From Naegleria gruberi (taxonomy: Eukaryota): DNA of 64,000 bases. The notes under the pieces are model-generated. The model worked only from the letters and a program-made list of their open reading frames with translations. It ran no database searches and was not told the origin of the DNA. Of the stretch, positions 50,865 to 59,304 are shown piece by piece. The DNA lies in the NCBI GenBank assembly GCA_000004985.1, contig GG738873.1; one strand, 5' to 3'. Each line of letters begins with the position of its first letter. Position 1 is the stretch's first letter. Both the position numbers and the translations under genes were made by a program.

Positions 50865-52037
50865 TTATTGCCTCAGAATTTCAAATTCCTCAATTTTTGC
50901 ATAACTTGATGCTCTTTTGTCCTGTCTTACTGATTCTGACACTATTTCTATGTCTCTTTTCAATTCATCACTGGCATATTTAAGGGCTACTCCTTGTAAC
51001 TTGACAACTGTTAACACGAATAGTCTATCATTTCTTAATGAAACATCTGCATATTCAAATGCTAGACCATTTTGTGATGCTGCAAGTAAAACTATCTCTC
51101 TATCTTTCTTGAGTGATTCAATCGCGTAACAAAGGGCTTTACCATTCTGTTTCACAGCCCCAGTTACTATTTCTCTATCTTCCCTTAATATCAAGTCAGC
51201 AAATTTTAAGGATTTTCCATTTTGTAGAACAGCTTTTAATACAATTTCTCTATCTTTCTTTAAAGATATATCAACGTATTGTAAAATAAGTCCATTTCTT
51301 TGTAGCGCCAATAGTACAAATTCTCTATCTCTTTTGAATACATCATTTGCAAGTGAAAACTCCCGTGGATTATATTTGATGGTGAGTAACAAGATATTCT
51401 TATCTTTTCTGTGATATTCCTTATAGACTGTTCGTGGTAATAAATGCCCAAAAGGAATGGAGGATATCACGCCTTGATGATTATTCCCATCTTCAATTAT
51501 TTCTTTTGACATGATTAATGAATCAATATTAATTGATTCATCTGCATATTCCACAGCATCCACATTTTGATTTACAGCTACGGTAACTATTTCTCTATCT
51601 TTTCTTAATGAAGGATCAGCATATCTAAGAGCCCTTCCATCTTGTTTTACTGCCATTAATACTATTTCTCTATCACAATTCAAAGGATATTCAATAAATT
51701 CGAGAGCTCTTCCATTTGTTGACACTGCTATTAAAGCCATGTCTTTTTGTTTCTTAAATATTTCGTTCGCATATTTAAGAGCAGAACCATTTTGATGAAT
51801 TGCCTTTCGTACTATTTCTTCTTCTCTTTTCAATGACTCATCAGCATACTTCAATGAGCATCCATTTTGTCCAATGGCAGTTTCAACAATCTCTCTATCT
51901 TTTCTGAAACGATAAGCTGCGCTTGCTAAATGCCAGCCATTTTTTCTGACAGCTTCCAATGCAATTTCTCTATCTTCTCTAAATGATTTATCAAGATGCC
52001 TAAAGATTGATCTACTACTACTTTTAACGGCCTCCAA
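50865..52037 (-). CDS. DUF4116 repeat array, in frame with and immediately downstream of the kinase ORF. It is probably the C-terminal part of the same gene, separated only by a single TAG.
   Basis: The 19 codons between the ORFs (52038..52094) have no stop and read FGYSIKYVNFELRKDREIV, continuing the repeat. By analogy with the preceding repeat QAVKQFGYYLKYA, the TAG position corresponds to Gln (CAG). The track 'M' at 52037 is a TTG. Confidence 0.6.
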   Translation of the reverse strand: MEAVKSSSRSIFRHLDKSFREDREIALEAVRKNGWHLASAAYRFRKDREIVETAIGQNGCSLKYADESLKREEEIVRKAIHQNGSALKYANEIFKKQKDMALIAVSTNGRALEFIEYPLNCDREIVLMAVKQDGRALRYADPSLRKDREIVTVAVNQNVDAVEYADESINIDSLIMSKEIIEDGNNHQGVISSIPFGHLLPRTVYKEYHRKDKNILLLTIKYNPREFSLANDVFKRDREFVLLALQRNGLILQYVDISLKKDREIVLKAVLQNGKSLKFADLILREDREIVTGAVKQNGKALCYAIESLKKDREIVLLAASQNGLAFEYADVSLRNDRLFVLTVVKLQGVALKYASDELKRDIEIVSESVRQDKRASSYAKIEEFEILRQ

Positions 52038-52094
52038 TACTATTTCTCTATCTTTCCTTAATTCAAAATTAACATATTTGATGGAATAACCAAA

Positions 52095-53309
52095 CTATTT
52101 AACTGCTTGCAATACAATTTCTTTTTCGTTCTTGAAATCTTCTTTCGCATATTTGAGATAATATCCAAATTGTTTAACAGATTGTAAGGTTATCTCCCTA
52201 TCATCTTTATCAAGTAGTTCAAGAGAGACACCAAGAGAAGCACAGATTAATTGAACATTCCTATTCTCTGCAAGAGCTTGATTGAGGTGATGAAATTGAT
52301 GAGATAACATGATTGGTCCTTCAATCTGTCCATTTTCAGAGAATATTCTTTTCAAAATTTGTTGACAAGAAGGTCTATTCTCTGGATTCTCACTCAACAT
52401 TTCCACAAGCAATTTAAATATAAAAATCCATCCATCTTCATCTTCCTCTAAATTACCTAACTCTATTAATTTTCGTACAGTTTCCACTTCATTAGATATT
52501 ATTTCTCTTACCATAGAAGAGTATTGATCTAGATGTGTTATTCTGTTTTCATTTGTTGGAAAAAGAATAAACAGAATTAATCTAGCCAAACTCCAAATAT
52601 CACTCTTGAACGATTCTCCCAATTTTGCACATTCAGGTGCAACAAAACCTGGACTACCATTAAGAGTATAACTCTCATGCATGTTGAGATCATTCGAATA
52701 ATCAATGTGGTCCATTCCTTGGTTAGAAAACCGATCATCATTAGAAATGGCAATCCCAAAATCTGCCAAAACAACATCAATAGCACATATTTTACAATCA
52801 GTATCATGAAGTGAAATAATAATATTCTCTGGTTTGATATCTCTGTGAATTATGTTTGCCTCCTCAAGTTTACAAAGAGCATTCACAATTCTAATGAAAA
52901 TTTGTAAAATTTGACATAATAAAATCCTTCCATTCTTGTTAATTTGCATATCTGTATAATTTTTCAAATCAATTCCTCTATATTTTGATACTGTCACAAC
53001 CATGTCATTAAAATTATCCACAAAATCAAATGTCAATAAACTGGCATCATGTAATTCTTCTGAAATTTTAGCAAATTTCCAATCACCAACCGGACAATCA
53101 TCAAAATCATCATCTTCTCCTCGTTTAACAATTTTTACAACATATTCCTGATTGTCAATGGATAGACATTTGCAAACTACAACATTGTTTCCCTTCTTAA
53201 ATATTTGAATAGGAATATATTGAATATTATTAATGAAAAATGGTTTTCCAAGCCTGGAGAGAGCCTCGTATAGATTTTGATCATCGTTCGTACTTTGATG
53301 TTCAATCAT
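52095..53309 (-). CDS. Ser/Thr protein kinase domain followed by the start of a DUF4116 repeat region. It terminates at an in-frame TAG (52095-52097), after which the same frame continues into the feature at 50865..52037.
   Basis: Kinase subdomains: VVKIVKRGE (VAIK-like), HRDIKPENIIIS (catalytic loop), DFGIA (DFG), GSPGFVAPE (APE). The last ~50 aa, KDDREITLQSVKQFGYYLKYAKEDFKNEKEIVLQAVK, are DUF4116 repeats. Confidence 0.7.
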   Translation of the reverse strand: MIEHQSTNDDQNLYEALSRLGKPFFINNIQYIPIQIFKKGNNVVVCKCLSIDNQEYVVKIVKRGEDDDFDDCPVGDWKFAKISEELHDASLLTFDFVDNFNDMVVTVSKYRGIDLKNYTDMQINKNGRILLCQILQIFIRIVNALCKLEEANIIHRDIKPENIIISLHDTDCKICAIDVVLADFGIAISNDDRFSNQGMDHIDYSNDLNMHESYTLNGSPGFVAPECAKLGESFKSDIWSLARLILFILFPTNENRITHLDQYSSMVREIISNEVETVRKLIELGNLEEDEDGWIFIFKLLVEMLSENPENRPSCQQILKRIFSENGQIEGPIMLSHQFHHLNQALAENRNVQLICASLGVSLELLDKDDREITLQSVKQFGYYLKYAKEDFKNEKEIVLQAVK

Positions 53310-53455
53310 TTTTTAATGAATTTATTCATAATTTTAGTGGCAGTGTTGCATATTTAAGTTGATTGTAAACCTCTAATTAAGCAACATACTGTATTGGATC
53401 AACATCATTCAGAATACCAAATATTTACTGTTCATAATTCCCAATAAGCTGAAAT

Positions 53456-53460
53456 AAAAA
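53456..53460 (-). terminator. Pol III T5 terminator directly 3' of the 5S rRNA gene
   Basis: Plus-strand AAAAA at 53456-53460, i.e. TTTTT on the 5S (minus) strand immediately after the 3' end of helix I. Confidence 0.7.
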
Positions 53461-53578
53461 GACTACAGCACCACAGGTTCCCAAGTTGTCTCCAACCTCA
53501 GTACTGATGTGGCTCGACGATGCTTAACTTCTCAAATCGGACGGGATGAGGTGCATTCATCGTGATATGGCCGTAGCC
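53461..53578 (-). rRNA. 5S ribosomal RNA gene
   Basis: The minus-strand sequence GGCTACGGCCATATCACGATGAATGCACCTCATCCCGTCCGATTTGAGAAGTTAAGCATCGTCGAGCCACATCAGTACTGAGGTTGGAGACAACTTGGGAACCTGTGGTGCTGTAGTC is colinear with the universal 5S consensus (GCCTACGGCCATACCACCCTGAACGCGCCCGATCTCGTCTGATCTCGGAAGCTAAGCAGGGTCGGGCC…GTACT…GGGAGACC…GGGAA.ACC.GGTGCTGTAGGC). The 5' GGCUACGGC pairs with the 3' GCUGUAGUC to form helix I. A TTTTT run follows immediately. Confidence 0.85.
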
Positions 53579-53822
53579 ATTCATTGATTTAAAATGTTGA
53601 ATATTAATGAAGAAAACTATGAGGTTATTTCTTGATGAATATTACCTGATTGGTTAAAGTTAGGAAATTCAGCAACATAACACGTCAATTGATGTGACGA
53701 TTGAATTTCAACTCCATAAAAGATTAACAAATAAATGTTGCGTTAGTATGTAGAAATTCAAAAATTAGAATTAATTCTGTTGATCATTTATTTACATTTT
53801 GGCTATACAAGTATTTGATGTT

Positions 53823-54170
53823 TCATTTAAAGGTTCTATGCAACAATTCCATTTGATATTGTTGTTTTTCAATTTGCTGTAATTCAATTAATTTTAATCT
53901 TCTTTGCTCCACTGATTTATTATATTCAGATCTTGATGAAATCAATGGATATCTTCCACTCACGATTCGTTGAAGTGAATACTTTGGTTTGTTCTTTTCC
54001 CAAAAATCTACTTTTCTATTTGTTATTTCCTTATCCCGAACATAATCAGAAAAGTATTTCAGTTTACTCTCTTCCTTAATTCTAGCATCCAAATTTGATG
54101 GATTATTGGGATGCTTATTTCCAAACATTTTTTTTAAATTGTAGTTTATTTTGGCGGGTAAAACCATCAA
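53823..54170 (-). CDS. Small basic hypothetical protein (115 aa)
   Basis: ORF with an A-run before the ATG. Basic, with a coiled-coil-like C-terminus (RRLKLIELQQIEKQQYQMELL). It could be a small mitochondrial ribosomal or respiratory-complex subunit, but no family was recognised. Confidence 0.35.
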   Translation of the reverse strand: MMVLPAKINYNLKKMFGNKHPNNPSNLDARIKEESKLKYFSDYVRDKEITNRKVDFWEKNKPKYSLQRIVSGRYPLISSRSEYNKSVEQRRLKLIELQQIEKQQYQMELLHRTFK

Positions 54171-54674
54171 TTCTTTTAAAACTCACAAACACCATATGAG
54201 ATAATATATTCAATCATATATTTGTATCTAAGAATGTTAAAATCAATAACAACTCGTATGTTCATTGTTTGCTTGCTTTCTCATTCAAGTGGAATCATAT
54301 TTCACTACAATATTCAGTTATTCCGTTACACCACCAAACAACAGTTAAACTTTTCAAAGTATCATCACCTGTTGCAGCTGAGCATCAGTAGTAGTCTCTC
54401 AGCACATAACGTAACGGTTGCAATTTATTTTAAAAAAATTAAGGCAACATCATTCACCTCCAATCATTTTACTCTTTTGAGAAGAGTTATTGACTACAAT
54501 ATATAAAACTTCGAGGGGATTGATAGAAAATACGTATCATCATCATCGTTTAAAACTATTGTTGTTTAAACAGGATAAAATTAGACACAATCGTTAAACA
54601 CAATTCTGTTCCTCACTCAGCCTTATTAATATCAAAAAAAGGAAGATTTAAATTTTGATAATAATAATTTTGCA

Positions 54675-55994
54675 ATGTTTCCGCATATTTACCATGGTTA
54701 CATTCCGACCAATCAACAGCAAATAATTAAGGCCAAAATTGATCATTATACATATGAAAAGGATGATGGATATTTTAACAAACCTTTAAATTCATCATCA
54801 CTTTCTCAATCTACAAAGAGAGGTGATTCACTTAATTCAACAAATAACCAATCCGCCTATTTTGTAAAATCATTTGATCCAAAACAAAACACAACAAATA
54901 CTACTATTACCATGAGTCATGCCACTCAGAAAACTCATAGTAATCGAGTTGACCAATTAATGAATAGTGTTGAAAAAGTGGCGCTTTCAACAACACGTTC
55001 TATCAAATCAGAACAATTATCAATTAGACCCAATTCTAATCAATTTATTAATAAGAAACTTACTGAAACAACAAGTGGAGATTACAGAACATATTCTTCA
55101 ACGGATTTCCCAAAAAGAGTGACAGCTCAGCAAGTTGAATTTCGAAAAGGTCCACAAAATATTGAAAAGCATGAATATGAACATTTATCAACAAGTATTT
55201 CACAAAGAAACAAAGATGAATTATCTAGAATTCCAGCTTCATCCTATAACCCAAAGAATCACCTTGTAAAAACAGATATCAGTGAAGATTTCAAACCATC
55301 AACCATTACGAAATGTCCACCTGGTAAATTAGCTTTAACTCAACCAGATATTAAAACATATCCAAAACCTGAATGTGGACTTGATGGTCAACCCTCTGGT
55401 TATTCAACAGACTTTTCTATCAAGAATGATTTTCTTTCCTCAACTGCTGATATTGAAGGAGTTCATCCCCATTCTAAATTTTATAGAAGTATGGGATATT
55501 CTGGTTATGTTCCAGACGAAAATCATACTTCTCTGTATGGTAAAACATTGTCGAATAGTAGTGGCAATAACAAAACAATGAGTAAGAGTTTTGGTTCATC
55601 ACTTGAGAAGAATACTGTTGCATTTTCAAGTACGAATGGAATGAATGCAAATCAATCTCTTTACAGAAATAATGGATCTCTTAGACAACCTCGATGTATT
55701 ACATTCCAATCCAGCAACCATGGATCTAATCATTTGCCAGGATATGGTGGATTTATTTCGCCTTCAATATCTAGAGATTCCAAACCCCAACCTCCATCCA
55801 ATACTTCTGATTACCATCTTGTAAATACAATGAAGAAAGCTGCCTCAATAGAGAATCCAAATGTAACACGAGAAGACTATATGAAAGGGTGGAAAAATGA
55901 TTCACAATTGAAAACAATATTTGGTGATAATAAGGACAAATCCTACTTTAGAAATAATGCAATGTTGCGAGAATTTTACACTTATAATTATTAA
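54675..55994 (+). CDS. Hypothetical Ser/Thr/Asn-rich low-complexity protein
   Basis: 439-aa ORF in an otherwise stop-rich AT-rich context. No motifs recognised. Confidence 0.4.
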   Translation: MFPHIYHGYIPTNQQQIIKAKIDHYTYEKDDGYFNKPLNSSSLSQSTKRGDSLNSTNNQSAYFVKSFDPKQNTTNTTITMSHATQKTHSNRVDQLMNSVEKVALSTTRSIKSEQLSIRPNSNQFINKKLTETTSGDYRTYSSTDFPKRVTAQQVEFRKGPQNIEKHEYEHLSTSISQRNKDELSRIPASSYNPKNHLVKTDISEDFKPSTITKCPPGKLALTQPDIKTYPKPECGLDGQPSGYSTDFSIKNDFLSSTADIEGVHPHSKFYRSMGYSGYVPDENHTSLYGKTLSNSSGNNKTMSKSFGSSLEKNTVAFSSTNGMNANQSLYRNNGSLRQPRCITFQSSNHGSNHLPGYGGFISPSISRDSKPQPPSNTSDYHLVNTMKKAASIENPNVTREDYMKGWKNDSQLKTIFGDNKDKSYFRNNAMLREFYTYNY

Positions 55995-56159
55995 ATAAAT
56001 TAATGTATCAATAAATTAAACGTAAAGAATATCTAAATTATTCTTCAAATTTGAAGACATCCAAACAACAAGAATTTGTTCCAGCGAGTTTCGTTAATTT
56101 ACGCACACAAGAAATTACCTCAGTTTTGAAATTTATGTTTTTTATTATAAGTCGGAAAT

Positions 56160-56528
56160 TTACTTCTTCTTTGATTTGGTGGTTTCAACAGCAGCTTCAA
56201 CTGGAGCATCTTCCTTCTTGACAACGTAAATCATCATGTTAGAGTGCTTGATGACTGGCTTGATCAAATCCTTTTCTTCGAGGTATCTCAAACCCTTCTT
56301 GGCAACGCTACCAGTAACACCGAGAGCTTCAGAAACTCTAGCAATGGTGATCAACTTCATCTTTGGGACTTCCTTGACCAATTGGTTGAATGACTTGGTG
56401 TCGAAGAGAACCTTGTTGTTCAACTTCTCCTTAACTCTTGATTTAGACCACTTCTTCTTCTTTCCCTTTGAGCCGCTTTCTCTGGCTGCGGCCTTTTGGG
56501 CTTGAATTTCCTTAGACTTTCCAGCCAT
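56160..56528 (-). CDS. rps25: 40S ribosomal protein S25 (eS25)
   Basis: KKKKWSKSRVKEKLNNKVLFDTKSFNQLVKEVPKMKLITIARVSEALGVTGSVAKKGLRYLEEKDLIKPV is colinear with human RPS25 [70 protein letters not shown]. Confidence 0.92.
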   Translation of the reverse strand: MAGKSKEIQAQKAAARESGSKGKKKKWSKSRVKEKLNNKVLFDTKSFNQLVKEVPKMKLITIARVSEALGVTGSVAKKGLRYLEEKDLIKPVIKHSNMMIYVVKKEDAPVEAAVETTKSKKK

Positions 56529-56925
56529 GTTTGTTTATTTTTTTTTGCAACGAAATTTTAAAAATTATTTTGTGGTTGGTTTATTAAAGTCAACCACTCT
56601 TTGTGTTGATTTTACAATAAATGTTTTCTCGTTGCAAAATTTAGAAGAGGGCGTTTGTTCAACAAGCGATAAGAACAAAGCGCTGAAGAGCCACACCTTC
56701 AATTCCTGCGAGAAACAATTCACAACATGAATACTTTCTGAACCACTCAAGAGAATAATAACAACCATTGTCAACCTGTTCAACGATATTGATTGGATTA
56801 AAAGATACTTCACTCAATGCTTCTCTCCAAAATAATACAATTTTTTCAACTCTACCAATACCTGCTTGAAGTAATAAGGAAAACACATAACGATTATAAT
56901 AAATAAACTTTAATACATTTACAAA

Positions 56926-58174
56926 TTATGAACTTTGATTAGTTTCAGAAGTGGTAGTAGTAGTAGTGGTTGTTTGTTGTGGCTCAGCATGAGTATTTGT
57001 AACTACAGTTGCAGTGGTGGTTGCAGTAACTGTTGGTTGAGGTTTTGGAATGAAACCCTTTTCAATTAAAGAACGAGTAACTTTAGATCTGACCTTTTCA
57101 ATATTTTGCTCAATGGCAGGAACATCAATAATATCAAATTCATTATCAATCAACAATTCCAAAGTTGGTAATGTTTGAGATTTGTAAGTTTCCATTCTAT
57201 TAACAATAGCTTCATCATTAAGATCATCATCTCTCTTTGAAAGATCATCACCTGTAATATCATCTTTTTCAGTATTTAATGGTTTTCTAAATTCAACATG
57301 ATAGGTACGTCCACTTTTATCATGAATAAGTCTTCCTTTCAATCTTTCCTTTATACATTCCTTATCAACTAACAAGTGAAGAATGAGTGTATTTGGTTTT
57401 GAAAAATGGATATCACCTCCAGTAAACCAAGTTAAAAATTGTTTACATTGAGTAATATTACGTGGATAACCTTCAAGAATGAAATTAGGAGGAATTGGAG
57501 TGTTATCTTGATTTAAACTTGTTGCAACATTGCTGGATGAAGAAGTGGTTGTAGTAGTATTAACAGTACTCTCACTTGATTGTTCTTGTTCAGTTGTTGT
57601 TGTTGTTGTTGATGTTTGTTGTTCTGTGACATTTTCACTTTCCTTCAATAAGATTTGTTCATAATATTCCTTGTAAATGATATTCATCTTTTTTAAGAGA
57701 TATTTAGCTGTTTCATCTTCTGGTGCCAATTTACCACTAGCTAACAATTCCTTTAATTGTGGATTAGTTTGACTTTCTTCTCTCAATGTATCACCTGCTG
57801 AAATGATATGATAATTTGGATTTTCTCCAGTAATAAATCTTGACTAAAAGATATTATCATCATGATCAGTATAAGACTCTATTTTAATAAATCCTTACCT
57901 GTGTTCCTTTTCCTGAACCTGGAGGTCCTAACAAGATGATAAGTTTTGGTGAAGCAAACTTTAAACCTCTTTGAAGGAAACGGAATTGTGTTTGATCTTC
58001 CTCTGTTGTTTGTTCAACATTGAAAAGAATTCTTCCGTAATGGAATTGTCTGATCAAACTATTTGATGATGAAGCAGCAGACAAAATGATAGAACCATTA
58101 TTAACTGTTGTTAAATTGTTATGATGATGGTGGAAGAGAATGTTTGAGGTTGGTTTGCTAAAGAGTTTTCTCAT
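56926..58174 (-). CDS. adk: Adenylate kinase (long LID type, with a mitochondrial-presequence-like N-terminus and an internal T/S-rich insertion); 2 exons: 58174..57900, 57843..56926
   Basis: Exon 1 ends in the P-loop …KLIILLGPPGSGKGTQ, followed by GTAAGG. Exon 2 continues SRFITGENPNYHIISAGDTLREESQTNPQLKELLASGKLAPEDETAKYLLKKM, which is the AK NMP-binding region (G.GKGTQ…HLS.GD.LR…G…G.L.PD). LID region GRLIHDKSGRTYHVEFRKP…DDITGDDLSKRDDDLNDEAIVNRMETYKSQT. The track ORF 'M' at 58213 is a TTG; the ATG at 58174 is preceded by an A-run. Confidence 0.8.
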
Positions 58175-58449
58175 ATTTTTTATTGTTGATTGCCCAACCA
58201 AGGAAAGGCACAAGCAAAACAGGACTTCAACAACTCTAGTTGCAATGCAAAGAGAAAATGGAAAATCGGATGTTGTAGGACTTGCAAATATTTCCTCTTC
58301 TTACCTTGCTATTACAGTTAAATTAGAAAAATTCTCCTTGATAATAACCTTCTCGGAAACAGAAAATTGGATAGTTTAATTTCACTATCAATAATGAACA
58401 AAAGATTCGAAAGTAGTTTTTGAAATTTTTAATTATGGAGGTTTTAAAT

Positions 58450-58953
58450 TTATTGTTCTGGGATCTTGAATTCAACAGTACCGTTGGTGATTTGTTCTTG
58501 GAGAGTCTTTGGGTTTTCACCAGCAACAGTGCAACCAATAGAGTAACAAGTACCCAAAATTTCCTTAACTGAACCAGCCATGGTCTTAGCGAAAGACTTG
58601 CTTCTCATGGTTCTAGCAATGGAGAGGACATCATCGAAAGAAATGTTACCGTTGTGTTTAATATTCTTGACCTTCTTTCTATCTCTTGGAGCTTCCTTCA
58701 AAGCCTTGATAACCAATGATGAGGCAGATGGGATGATTTCAATTTCAGCTTGTCTGTTTTGAATAGTCAATTTGACAGTGACCTTGAGACCCTTCCAATC
58801 CTTGGTGACCTTAGCGATATCATCACCAACCTTCTTGGCGGACAAACCCAATGGACCGACCTTTGGGGCCAAGGTGGCGGTAGCACCAGCTTCACCTCCC
58901 AAACATCTAACGAACAAGATCTTAACTTCACTTGGATCTGCTTTTGGTGGCAT
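58450..58953 (-). CDS. rpl12: 60S ribosomal protein L12 (uL11)
   Basis: [78 protein letters not shown]… is near-identical to eukaryotic RPL12 ([78 protein letters not shown]). Confidence 0.92.
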   Translation of the reverse strand: MPPKADPSEVKILFVRCLGGEAGATATLAPKVGPLGLSAKKVGDDIAKVTKDWKGLKVTVKLTIQNRQAEIEIIPSASSLVIKALKEAPRDRKKVKNIKHNGNISFDDVLSIARTMRSKSFAKTMAGSVKEILGTCYSIGCTVAGENPKTLQEQITNGTVEFKIPEQ

Positions 58954-59304
58954 TCTGTAAATTGTTTGTTGGCTTCAACACATGATGGTAAAACTTACGT
59001 TATAGACTTTTGATATTTTTTTTCAACAAGAAATTTAAAATGACTCGCTACTTTGGTATTTTACAATGAAAATTTTTTCTCAACATTTTCTTTGCAACAA
59101 ACACAACCAAGCAAATTTTGAGTTTTAGAAGAAAACCAACAAGTGTTTTCATAACTTTCAAGATTGAATATGAGTCTATTGTGTTGGGCCATGTCATTGA
59201 ATGGGTTCCAATTGCAAGACTCAAACTATTTGCTTCTACTATTAAATGTTCAGCAACAACAACACACCGGAGTGCAAGGTGTTCAATCAATAATTGAATA
59301 AAAA

